In this document: positions 16,179-24,928 of the stretch, one piece after another
Layout: each line of letters opens with the position of its first letter
Numbering within the stretch: the stretch's first letter is position 1
NCBI GenBank assembly: GCA_009841075.1
Contig: VXMP01000061.1
Location: 14,366 to 78,365, forward strand
Direction: 5' to 3'
From: Acidimicrobiia bacterium
GTDB lineage: Bacteria > Actinomycetota > Acidimicrobiia > Spongiisociales > Spongiisociaceae
Length of the DNA stretch: 64,000 bases
The notes under the pieces: generated by a model
The model's input: only the letters and a program-made list of their open reading frames with translations
What the model was told of the DNA's origin: nothing
Database searches by the model: none
Made by a program: the position numbers and the translations under genes

Positions 16179-19100
16179 ATGACAGAAACCCCATCCCGAG
16201 TTCAACCGGTTTCCGACTTCCAAAGGGTACCACCGACCTTGGACCTTCCCGCCCTAGACGCTCGCATCCTCCAAAAATGGGATAAGACCGACGCCTTCCG
16301 CACCTCGGTGGAGATGCGGCCGCCGGAAAAGGAGTACACGTTCTACGACGGCCCTCCCTTTGCGTCAGGAAGCCCTCATTACGGCCACATCCTGGCCGGA
16401 ATTATCAAGGACATTGTTCCTCGCTATTGGACTATGAGGGGACATCGGGTGGAGCGGAGGTTCGGCTGGGACACCCACGGGCTTCCGGTGGAAATGGAGG
16501 TGGAGCAGCAGCTGGGGATAGCCGGCCCCCGCCAGATAGAAGAGCTGGGCGTGGCCGTCTTCAACAACGCCTGCCGGGAAATGGTCGAGGTGACCACCGC
16601 CGACTGGGAGAACATAACCCGCCGGATCGGGCGTTGGGTCGACTTCAGGAACGACTACAAAACCATGGATCCGGAGTTCATGGAGAGCGTCTGGTGGGTG
16701 TTTCGAAGGCTGTGGGATAAGGGCCTGATCTATCGGGCCTTCAAGGTTCTACCGTACTCCTGGGCCGCCGGAACCACCCTGTCCAATTTCGAGGTGAGCC
16801 TGGGCGGATACCGTGATATCGAGGACCCCGCCATCACCGTCCGGCTGGAGATAACGGAGACAACCGACGACCGCAGCCCGGTCCGCCCCGGTGACTTCCT
16901 CACCATCTGGACCACCACCCCTTGGACCTTGCCCGGCAACCTGGCCGTGGCGGTGGGCCCGGACATCGAATACGGTCTGGTCGAAGAGGATGGTGACCGA
17001 TACTGGGTGGCTCTTCCCCGCCTGGAGAAGGTGTTCGGCGAGACCGGACATCCCCTTCGGGTGGCTAAAGGTAAGGATCTGCTGGGGGTGCGCTATCGCC
17101 CTCCCTTCGACTTCTACGAGGATCGACGCAACCAGGGGGTCTTCCAGGTTATTTCCAGTCCTTCGGTCACCACCGATGAAGGGACTGGCCTGGTGCATAT
17201 GGCCCCGGCCTACGGCGAGGAGGACCTTTACGCCCTGACCGCCGCCGGCCTGGATGTGATCGTCGATCCGGTCGACCTGGAGGCCAGGTTCACCGACGAA
17301 ATACCGGTTCTGGCCGGACTCCACGTTTTCGAGGCGGCCGACTCGATCATTGAGCTGTTAAAGGACTCCGGTGCCCTGCTCAGGAACGAACGAATCGTTC
17401 ACCCCTATCCCTTCTGCTATCGAACCGACCGGCCGCTCATCTACAAGGCCATCCCCACCTGGTTCGTCAAGGTGGAGTCGATCCGAGAGCGGATGGCGAA
17501 GCTGAACAAGTCGATCCATTGGGTACCAGGGCCGGTAGGTTTCAACCGGTTCGGCAACTGGCTGGAGGACGCCCGGGACTGGGCCATATCCCGCAACCGG
17601 TTCTGGGGAAGCTGCATACCGGTTTGGGAGTGCGGTACCTGCGGCCATCAGGAATGCATGGGCAGTCGCTCGGACCTGGCCGCCCAAACCGGCGTCCGGC
17701 CGGACGATCTCCACAAGCACGTGGTCGACCAGATCACCTACCCCTGCCCTACCTGCCGGAAGGGGGGCACCATGGTTCGGGTGAAGGAGGTGCTCGACTG
17801 CTGGTTCGAGTCCGGTTCGATGCCCTATGCCCAATACCACTACCCCTTTGAGAACCAGGCCCGTTTCCCGCGTACCTTCCCGGCCGATTTCATCGCCGAA
17901 GGGTTGGACCAAACCCGGGGATGGTTCTACACCCTGCATGTGCTGGCGGCGGCCCTCTTCGACGAGGTGGCCTTCAGAAACTGCGTGGTCAACGGGATGA
18001 TCCTGGCCGAGGACGGCCGCAAGATGTCGAAGCGTCTCAAAAACTATCCCGAGCCCTCGGCGGTGCTGGATCGGTATGGGGCGGATGCGGTGCGGGCCTA
18101 CCTGATCAACTCCCCGGTTCTCCGGGCCGAACCTCTACGGTTTTCTGAGGCTGGGGTGAGAGAGGTGGTCAGGACCGTGATCCTTCCCTTCTGGAACACT
18201 TATTCCTTCTTCACCACCTACGCCGAGGCGGACGGAATCCGGTTCGAGGATCTGCGAACCGCCCCGGCACCGGAGGATCGTCCCGAAATCGACCGCTGGG
18301 TTCTGAGCGTCCTGCAATCGCTAATCCGGCGCACCAACCAGATGATGGAGGGGTATTACCTGTATTCGGTGGTGGGGCCGGCCCTGGGCTTTGTCAACGA
18401 CCTGACCAACTGGTATGTAAGGAGATCGCGGCGTCGTTTCTGGAGAACCCGTGACGCCGCCGACCAGGACAAGCAGGCCGCTTTCGCCACCCTCTATGAG
18501 GTTTTGGTCACCTTCAGCCGACTACTGGCCCCGGTGTTGCCGTTTATCACCGAAGAGATCCATTCCGGCCTGGTACCGGAGGCGGTCAGCATCCATCACA
18601 CCGACTACCCGAGGGTTGACGAGCGGCTGATCGACCCCGAACTGGAGCAGTCGATGGAGGTGGCCCGCACGGTGGTAACCCTGGGCAGGTCCCTACGATC
18701 CGACCTGGCTATCGGGGTTAGACAACCTCTGGCCCGACTGACGGTCATAACCCGTGATCCTAAAGTTGCGGAGGCGGTGGCTCGTCACACCGGCGTGATA
18801 GCCGAGGAACTCAACGTCAAAGAGGTGGACACGGACGACGACGAGCTGTCGGTGGTCGAGTTGGAAGCCAAAGCCAACTACCGGCGGCTCGGCCCGCGCC
18901 TGGGTGCCTCGGTGGGAAAGGTGGCCACGGCTCTGGCAGAGCTGTCCTCCGAGCAGGTGGCTTCCTTTATCAAGGCCGGAAAAATGACCCTGGCCGACAC
19001 GGTGCTGGAGGTGGACGACATCATCGTTTCCCCTCATCCCCGCCCCGGCAAGGTGGTAGCTTCGGAAGGGACTCTCTCGGTGGCGTTGGATTCCGCGCTG

Positions 19101-19397
19101 ACCACAGAACTACTAAGCGAAGGGCAGGCTCGGGAAGTGGTCTCCCGAATCCAACGGGTTCGCCGCGATCAGGGCTTGGAGGTAACCGACCGGATCCGGG
19201 TCGGGTACCACACCGAAGACGACCTACTCCATCGGGCCATCGAGACCCATGCCGCCTTTATCGCCGGTGAGGTACTGGCCGTTGAAATCCGGCCGCAAAC
19301 CCCACAGGAGGGCACCGGCTTTCGGATCGGTTCGGCCACGCTGGAGGTGGAAATCGAAAAAGCTAGGACTCAGGATGATCGGGAGGGGATTCCATAA
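16179..19397 (+). CDS. ileS: Isoleucine--tRNA ligase
   Basis: 1072 aa. HIGH-type motif SPHYGHIL, KMSKR motif, editing domain. Confidence 0.97.
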   Translation: MTETPSRVQPVSDFQRVPPTLDLPALDARILQKWDKTDAFRTSVEMRPPEKEYTFYDGPPFASGSPHYGHILAGIIKDIVPRYWTMRGHRVERRFGWDTHGLPVEMEVEQQLGIAGPRQIEELGVAVFNNACREMVEVTTADWENITRRIGRWVDFRNDYKTMDPEFMESVWWVFRRLWDKGLIYRAFKVLPYSWAAGTTLSNFEVSLGGYRDIEDPAITVRLEITETTDDRSPVRPGDFLTIWTTTPWTLPGNLAVAVGPDIEYGLVEEDGDRYWVALPRLEKVFGETGHPLRVAKGKDLLGVRYRPPFDFYEDRRNQGVFQVISSPSVTTDEGTGLVHMAPAYGEEDLYALTAAGLDVIVDPVDLEARFTDEIPVLAGLHVFEAADSIIELLKDSGALLRNERIVHPYPFCYRTDRPLIYKAIPTWFVKVESIRERMAKLNKSIHWVPGPVGFNRFGNWLEDARDWAISRNRFWGSCIPVWECGTCGHQECMGSRSDLAAQTGVRPDDLHKHVVDQITYPCPTCRKGGTMVRVKEVLDCWFESGSMPYAQYHYPFENQARFPRTFPADFIAEGLDQTRGWFYTLHVLAAALFDEVAFRNCVVNGMILAEDGRKMSKRLKNYPEPSAVLDRYGADAVRAYLINSPVLRAEPLRFSEAGVREVVRTVILPFWNTYSFFTTYAEADGIRFEDLRTAPAPEDRPEIDRWVLSVLQSLIRRTNQMMEGYYLYSVVGPALGFVNDLTNWYVRRSRRRFWRTRDAADQDKQAAFATLYEVLVTFSRLLAPVLPFITEEIHSGLVPEAVSIHHTDYPRVDERLIDPELEQSMEVARTVVTLGRSLRSDLAIGVRQPLARLTVITRDPKVAEAVARHTGVIAEELNVKEVDTDDDELSVVELEAKANYRRLGPRLGASVGKVATALAELSSEQVASFIKAGKMTLADTVLEVDDIIVSPHPRPGKVVASEGTLSVALDSALTTELLSEGQAREVVSRIQRVRRDQGLEVTDRIRVGYHTEDDLLHRAIETHAAFIAGEVLAVEIRPQTPQEGTGFRIGSATLEVEIEKARTQDDREGIP

Positions 19398-19746
19398 CCT
19401 TTCGGAACTGGTCCAGCAGGTGCTCGCCCGCCTCCAGAACCTGTTCCACCATCTGCTCGGAGACCCGGGCCGCCTCGTCGATCATGGCCCGCACCTGCGC
19501 CACCACCTCATCGGCCTGAACCTTTGACTCCGAACCCGAGTCTGTTTCCTCCGATCCCCCCGGACGGTATTCGTCCAGCGTCGACCGTAGCCACTTGATT
19601 TCCTCTTGGTGCTCGCGCCGACTTGCCTCGTATTCGGAGATCGTGTCGGTCACCACTTCAAGGAAGGCGTCCACCTCGTCGGCGGCGTAACCCCGTAGGG
19701 CGACCGAGAACTTGACCTCCCGAACCTCCTCTGCCGAAATACGCAT
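19363..19746 (-). CDS. DivIVA-domain protein
   Basis: MRISAEEVREVKFSVALRGYAADEVDAFLE is the canonical DivIVA N-terminus. End of the dcw cluster. Confidence 0.85.
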   Translation of the reverse strand: MRISAEEVREVKFSVALRGYAADEVDAFLEVVTDTISEYEASRREHQEEIKWLRSTLDEYRPGGSEETDSGSESKVQADEVVAQVRAMIDEAARVSEQMVEQVLEAGEHLLDQFRKVMESPPDHPES

Positions 19747-19750
19747 CTTC

Positions 19751-20008
19751 TTATAAACAGATAATCTGGGACACGACCGTTACCCCGAAGATCAAAACGA
19801 GGGGAGAAAGGTCCAGCCTTATACCACCGATCGGAACGGCAGGAATCGCCCGCCGGATCGGTCTTAAGAGAGGATCCACTATCTGCGCCAAAAAGTCCAC
19901 CGTCCTACCAACCGGATGATCCCTGGATACCTTCAACCAACTCAAAATAGCCCTGGCAACAATCGCCAACACATAAAGCTGGAGGAGGGTACAGACCAGC
20001 CGAAGCAA
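19751..20008 (-). CDS. yggT: YggT-family membrane protein
   Basis: 85 aa, two TM segments. Position after sepF as in other Gram-positive dcw clusters. Confidence 0.8.
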   Translation of the reverse strand: MLRLVCTLLQLYVLAIVARAILSWLKVSRDHPVGRTVDFLAQIVDPLLRPIRRAIPAVPIGGIRLDLSPLVLIFGVTVVSQIICL

Positions 20009-20014
20009 TTCGTC

Positions 20015-20572
20015 TCAGAGATCGCGGTCGTAAAGGCCGAGAGAAGACAATCGCCGCAGCTCTTCGGGGGCGATTTCAACCCGGGGTGGGCGAGTCAGGA
20101 GAACCCCCGGTGCCGATTTTTTGACGGTCCCGTCCAAGGCATACACCAGCCCGCTCAGGAAGTCCACCAGCCGCCTGATCTGGTCCGGTTCCATATCTCG
20201 AAGGTTGACGATCACCGGCACCTGCTCCCGAAGGCGATCGGCCACCTTCCTGACATCGTCGAAGGTGGAGGCCTCCAGAACCTCTGTGTAGTTGGTGGTG
20301 GTGACCACCGGTTCGGGAGAACGGATGATCACATCCGAGAACCCGCTGGGCGGAACCACCGAAGGCCGATAATAGGGAGGCACCGGCTCGGCGATCCGCC
20401 GGTCGGCCGGCATCGGTGGCGACTCGTCTTCTACCAGGCGGAAATGGCCTCGCTGGGGCGGTCGGCGGCCGGTGGCCGTATTTTCCGACCCGGGTTGGTA
20501 GCCGGGATCGAATCTGGACTCACCTTCGTCTACCAGACCCATCCAATTCAACAGTCTGTACATCACGCTCAT
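20015..20572 (-). CDS. sepF: Cell division protein SepF
   Basis: N-terminal MSVMYRLLNWMGLV amphipathic helix and the C-terminal SepF core (VIVNLRDMEPDQIRRLVDFLSGLVYALDG). Confidence 0.9.
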   Translation of the reverse strand: MSVMYRLLNWMGLVDEGESRFDPGYQPGSENTATGRRPPQRGHFRLVEDESPPMPADRRIAEPVPPYYRPSVVPPSGFSDVIIRSPEPVVTTTNYTEVLEASTFDDVRKVADRLREQVPVIVNLRDMEPDQIRRLVDFLSGLVYALDGTVKKSAPGVLLTRPPRVEIAPEELRRLSSLGLYDRDL

Positions 20573-21258
20573 TTCTTTACGGCTGTGGTCCTAGGGCCAA
20601 AGATAGCCCGTCCGATGCGGACCATGGTTGATCCTTCCTCGACGGCAACCTCGAAATCGTCTGTCATCCCCATGCTAAGCGACAGGGAGCGGTTAAGCCT
20701 ACCTTCCAGGCCGTCCCGTATGGCGCGCATCCGGGCGAAATAGGGTCGGGATTCCTCCGGTAGATTACCAAAAGGGGGGATCGCCATCACTCCCTCGATC
20801 GGAAGACCCGCCATCTCCCATCTCTCGAAGGTCTCCACCACCAGATCGGGTTTAACCCCGTGCTTCTGCGGCTCCTCCCCTATGTTGACCTGCAGGAGGG
20901 TGGGCGGAGGGCGATCCGGGCCGGCCAACCAGGGTTTCAACAGTCGGTCACGGTCGAACGATTGGATAAGCGACACCCTCGGCTTCACCAACCTAACCTT
21001 GTTGGTCTGAAGGGGGCCCACAAAATGCCATTCGACATTGTCCGGGAGACGGTCGGCCTTGAAGGCCAGCTCCTGGCCTCGGTTCTCACCGAACACCTTT
21101 TGGCCGGCGGCGATGGCCTCTTCCAGGGCCGACAGAGGTTGGCTTTTCCCGATTGCCACGATCGTGATCTCATCCGGGCTCCGGTTAGACCGCCGGGCGG
21201 CCTCTTCCACCCGCCGGACTACCTCTTGCAGGCGGGAGACCAGGGTCACGGTATCCAT
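20569..21258 (-). CDS. yggS: YggS-family pyridoxal-phosphate homeostasis protein
   Basis: IVAIGKSQ...FGENRGQE...WHFVGPLQTNKV. The internal Met at 21258 was chosen because the longer ORF extends into pgeF. Confidence 0.85.
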   Translation of the reverse strand: MDTVTLVSRLQEVVRRVEEAARRSNRSPDEITIVAIGKSQPLSALEEAIAAGQKVFGENRGQELAFKADRLPDNVEWHFVGPLQTNKVRLVKPRVSLIQSFDRDRLLKPWLAGPDRPPPTLLQVNIGEEPQKHGVKPDLVVETFERWEMAGLPIEGVMAIPPFGNLPEESRPYFARMRAIRDGLEGRLNRSLSLSMGMTDDFEVAVEEGSTMVRIGRAIFGPRTTAVKK

Positions 21259-21875
21259 CCGATCGCCGCCGTGCGACGGTCGGTACCGTCGGCTCGAAAC
21301 GAGAACCAACCCTCCTCGCAGCGGGTGCAGGCCCGGGCCGACCACCACCGGGCGGAAGGGAGCTGGTCTCGAAGGGCGGACTCCAAATCCACCGTGATCA
21401 GGCCGTTGGTCGATTTGACATGGCGGTCGTGGAAAAGCACGGCCACCTCGGGGCCCACCTCGAAACAGCAGGGTCCGATCATCGGGCCGATTGCCACCCT
21501 CGATATCGGATCGTCCCCTCCCCCCAGCTGCTCAAGAAGCCGCCCGGCCGAAGCGGCGACGCCCGCCACCACCCCTCTCCAACCGGCGTGCACCACGGCC
21601 ACCGCCGAGGCGGTTTCGATCACCAGACCCGCACAGTCGGCCACGTTTACCGCCAGAGGTAAACGTCCGGTGGTCGTGACCAAGGCATCGCCCGGACCGG
21701 CCGACCCGGATTCGGTGACGATATGTACCTGGTGACCATGGACCTGACGGACGAAGGCCCAGTCCGATGGAATGCCCAGCCCATCTGAAACCCGGTGACG
21801 GTTATCCGGGTTCTTCATGTCACCCGAAGCGGCGGTGGTGAAGGCCGCTCCGCGAAAACCGGGGGGCCGGATCAT
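21246..21875 (-). CDS. pgeF: PgeF/YfiH (DUF152) laccase-domain peptidoglycan editing factor
   Basis: QVHGHQV...VADCAGL...VVHAGWRGVVAGV motifs. Downstream of ftsZ. Confidence 0.85.
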   Translation of the reverse strand: MIRPPGFRGAAFTTAASGDMKNPDNRHRVSDGLGIPSDWAFVRQVHGHQVHIVTESGSAGPGDALVTTTGRLPLAVNVADCAGLVIETASAVAVVHAGWRGVVAGVAASAGRLLEQLGGGDDPISRVAIGPMIGPCCFEVGPEVAVLFHDRHVKSTNGLITVDLESALRDQLPSARWWSARACTRCEEGWFSFRADGTDRRTAAIGWIP

Positions 21876-21901
21876 GTTGGCCGGTCCCTTGCTTTTACCC
21901 C

Positions 21902-22002
21902 AGGAGGGTGCTGAAAAAGAAGGGTATGCTTGGCCCGCAATTTCATCTAACTGTGGTTTCGTTCGGCCAGCGGGCCAAATGGACTTTTTTCAGCACCCTC
22001 CT
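21902..22002. repeat. Copy of the ~100-nt hairpin repeat family (best reference copy)
   Basis: AGGAGGGTGCTGAAAAAG...CTTGGCCCGC...GCGGGCCAAA...CTTTTTTCAGCACCCTCCT. 17-nt perfect terminal inverted repeat plus a 9-bp inner GC stem. Fills the ftsZ-pgeF spacer and touches the ftsZ TAA stop. Confidence 0.75.
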
Positions 22003-23081
22003 TAATCCTGCACCCAGTCGGGGATATCAAAGGGGTCATCTTCTTCGGAACCCCTGGATCCGCCGAGACGATCCGAGCCGTCGGGAAGGCGTGAGCCCAC
22101 GGAACGAATCCGACCGGTGGAACGTTGACCCACCCCGGCGGCGATCACGGTCACCCTTACTTCCTCCCCAAGCGACTCATCAGGGGTGGCACCGAAGATA
22201 ATGTGGGCATCGGACTCGGCATGCTCCTGAACGGAGCGGGCCGCATCGGAAACCTCGGCCAGGGTCATGTCGTAGGGTCCGCTGACGGACAGCAACACCC
22301 CTTTGGCACCCTCCATCGAGGTTTCCAGCAAAGAACAGGCCATGGCCTGCTGGGCGGCTTGCACAGCCCGGTTTTCACCTGAGGCCCTTCCCACTCCCAG
22401 CACTGCGGTACCGGCACCGCTCAGTACCGCCTTGACATCGGCAAAGTCCACATTGATAAGGCCCGGGGTGGTGATGATGCGGGTGATTCCGTTTACCCCG
22501 TCGGTCAAAACCTGGTCTGCCATGGCAAACGCCTCCATCATGGTGGTGGAGCGATCGGTCTCATGGAGCAGGTTGTCGTTGGGGATAACGATCATGGCGT
22601 CGACCGACTCGCGCAACGCGTCAATACCCTGTTCGGCCAGTTTGGATCGGCGATGGCCCTCGAAACCGAACGGTCTGGTAACCACCGCGATGGTCAGGGC
22701 CTCAAGATTGCGGGCTATCTCCGCGATAACGGGAGCGGCACCGGTCCCGGTTCCGCCTCCCTCACCCGCCGTCACGAACACCAGGTCGGATCCCGCCAAG
22801 GCCTCCTCGATTTCCTCCCGATGACCGTCGGCGGCCGTCTTGCCCACCGAGGGATCCGCTCCGGCACCCAAACCCCTGGTCAGGTCGGCACCGATGTTGA
22901 GTTTGATGTCGGCCTCCGACATCAGGAGAGCTTGGGCATCGGTGTTCACCGCAATAAACTCAACCCCCCTGATCCCGGACTCGATCATTCGGTTGACGGC
23001 ATTCGTGCCGCCCCCGCCGACCCCGACCACTTTTATTACGGCGACATAGCTATGTAAGGAGCTCTCGTTTATAAGAGTCAT
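22002..23081 (-). CDS. ftsZ: Cell division GTPase FtsZ
   Basis: GVGGGGTNAVN tubulin signature and C-terminal DDPFDIPDWV peptide. Confidence 0.98.
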   Translation of the reverse strand: MTLINESSLHSYVAVIKVVGVGGGGTNAVNRMIESGIRGVEFIAVNTDAQALLMSEADIKLNIGADLTRGLGAGADPSVGKTAADGHREEIEEALAGSDLVFVTAGEGGGTGTGAAPVIAEIARNLEALTIAVVTRPFGFEGHRRSKLAEQGIDALRESVDAMIVIPNDNLLHETDRSTTMMEAFAMADQVLTDGVNGITRIITTPGLINVDFADVKAVLSGAGTAVLGVGRASGENRAVQAAQQAMACSLLETSMEGAKGVLLSVSGPYDMTLAEVSDAARSVQEHAESDAHIIFGATPDESLGEEVRVTVIAAGVGQRSTGRIRSVGSRLPDGSDRLGGSRGSEEDDPFDIPDWVQD

Positions 23082-23204
23082 GGGGTCATTTCCTCCGTCC
23101 GGGGCGGATCAATATCTAACACTTGTCCAAGCATGATTTCCAAATCATGATCCAGAAAAGCATATTCTCTTCCGGCGATTAAAGCTAGGGATTAACCTCT
23201 CCTT

Positions 23205-23972
23205 TTAGTTTAAGTTGAAGGTAGGAATACTGTTCGCCCTACCGGTGCCGGTATCCCAGGGCCTTACCGCCGGCCGTCCGGGAACCGAAACGTCGATCAA
23301 CCCGTCCGGAGCGGTGTTCAATATGGTCAATAAAGAGGTGGCCTTGTCTCCCATTTCGTAGGGTAAACCCAGCCGGGCGATACGATTGTTCAACCATACC
23401 CAGAGCTCCTGATCGCTCGCCTGGATAATGGTTTGTCCGGCCAGACCATCCGGCAGGGCCGAGATAAACTCCATAGCTCCTTGAGCGTCGTGGGCTTCCA
23501 ATCCTTGGCCTAGACCCGGGTCGTCTATGGACACCCGAATCCGAGGAAGCGGCGAGGTGGGGGTGGCGGCATATCCCACCAAAACTCCGTCTTCGGCCAC
23601 CAAACCCCATCGATCAACCAGCTTGACCCAGGCCGTGTCCACCCGCTCCCTTACCAAAACCTCCACCCTCCCGGGAAACACCAGCCGGACCGTGGCCGAA
23701 GCAACCCTGGGTATATCCCGAAGTTCATCTTCCACCGTACCGGTTCGGATAGCCACCAAAGGCCTTCCCTCGACCACCTGCCACTCCGCCAACAGATCTT
23801 CAACCGGCACCTTTACGGCACCGGTGATGACCACCTCTTTCACGCTCATATACGGCGACAACAGGAACCAGGCCACTCCGCCCAGAAAGGAAAGGATGGC
23901 CATAAACCACAGGGTTTGGCGGATCCGGCGGCGAGCCTGTTGCTCGTCGGCCCCGGATCCTTTAACCGTCAA
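23205..23972 (-). CDS. ftsQ: Cell division protein FtsQ/DivIB (POTRA domain)
   Basis: Single TM segment followed by a POTRA-like VKEVVITGAVKVPVEDL. Position between murB and ftsZ. Confidence 0.8.
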   Translation of the reverse strand: MTVKGSGADEQQARRRIRQTLWFMAILSFLGGVAWFLLSPYMSVKEVVITGAVKVPVEDLLAEWQVVEGRPLVAIRTGTVEDELRDIPRVASATVRLVFPGRVEVLVRERVDTAWVKLVDRWGLVAEDGVLVGYAATPTSPLPRIRVSIDDPGLGQGLEAHDAQGAMEFISALPDGLAGQTIIQASDQELWVWLNNRIARLGLPYEMGDKATSLLTILNTAPDGLIDVSVPGRPAVRPWDTGTGRANSIPTFNLN

Positions 23973-24922
23973 TTCCGGTCTCCTATATAAGGTGGTGCGG
24001 ACACAGACGGGAACCCGATAAATCTGACCTCGGGTACCAGGCCGATCCCGGTGCTGTCAAACACCCTTTGACCGACCTCTTGCACCAGGTCGTAAACATC
24101 CTGGGCGGTGCCAACCGGATCCACCACAAAAAAGTTGGCGTGCTTGGAGGACACATAGGCACCTCCTAGTCGAAACCCTTTCAGCCCTAACGAATCGATA
24201 ATCCGGCCCGCACTGTCTCCCGGAGGATTTCGGAACACACTGCCGGCGTTGAGTGTTCCGCCCGGCTGATGGTCTCTCCTCCACCGGATCGCCTCCCTCA
24301 TCCGGGCGGTGATTTTCTCCGGTTCACCCTCTCGGACGGAGAAAGTGGCTTCAAGAACCACCTCCTCGGGTCGGAGACCGCTGGTGCGATAGCCCAGCCC
24401 GAGCCGGTTTCGCCCCCGTTCGGACACCACGTCGTTGGCAGGATCCAGGATCGATGCCGAACAGATCACGTCAACCGTCTCGGTGCCGTAGAATCCGGCG
24501 TTCATCCGTACCGCCCCGCCCACCGTACCCGGGATCCCCACATAGAACTCCAGCCCGGACCACCCCTCGACCGCCATTCGCCGGGCCAGCACGGGGAGAC
24601 TGACGGCGGCACCGGCCCGTACCCGCAGTGCCTCCCGGTCCGGTTCTATCTGCCTGAACCCGGCACCGAGTCGGATAACCAACCCCCGGTAACCCTGATC
24701 CGACACCACCAGGTTGCTCCCTCGGCCGATAACCACCTGATCGATCTCGGCGGTCCGAGCCGCCGCCACCACCGCCCGAAGTAGTTGAGGAGTGTCTGCC
24801 TCGCAAAAGAACCGGGCCGGGCCCCCCAGCTTGTAGGTGGTCAAGGGGGCCAATTCCACGTTCGGTCGGATTCGACCTTCTGCTACGAGTTCTGTCCAGC
24901 TATCCATCAGGTTTTTCAGCAC
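23969..24922 (-). CDS. murB: UDP-N-acetylenolpyruvoylglucosamine reductase
   Basis: LAPLTTYKLGGPA, IGRGSNLV, GTLNAGSVFRNP motifs. Start (GTG 24922 or ATG 24907) uncertain. Confidence 0.9.
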   Translation of the reverse strand: MLKNLMDSWTELVAEGRIRPNVELAPLTTYKLGGPARFFCEADTPQLLRAVVAAARTAEIDQVVIGRGSNLVVSDQGYRGLVIRLGAGFRQIEPDREALRVRAGAAVSLPVLARRMAVEGWSGLEFYVGIPGTVGGAVRMNAGFYGTETVDVICSASILDPANDVVSERGRNRLGLGYRTSGLRPEEVVLEATFSVREGEPEKITARMREAIRWRRDHQPGGTLNAGSVFRNPPGDSAGRIIDSLGLKGFRLGGAYVSSKHANFFVVDPVGTAQDVYDLVQEVGQRVFDSTGIGLVPEVRFIGFPSVSAPPYIGDRN

Positions 24923-24928
24923 CCTCCC
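24912..24928. repeat. 17-nt repeat-terminus sequence (GGGAGGGTGCTGAAAAA on the minus strand) embedded in the murC stop / murB start junction
   Basis: Exact 15-17-nt identity to the left terminus of the intergenic hairpin repeats. Similarity to copy 43186 continues to about 24896. Confidence 0.5.

Noticed and set aside
21909-22201. Possible small protein encoded by the hairpin repeats. A conserved peptide start (M/V)LKK(K/M)GMLGPQ(F/L)HL is seen in ORFs 21908-22201 and 42811-43344 and on the minus strand of 39952-40143.
   Set aside because: Beyond the first ~14 codons, indels shift the frame between copies. There is no common stop. The GTG directly abuts the GGAGG with no spacer. Conservation is equally good in non-coding register, so it is nucleotide-level, not protein-level.
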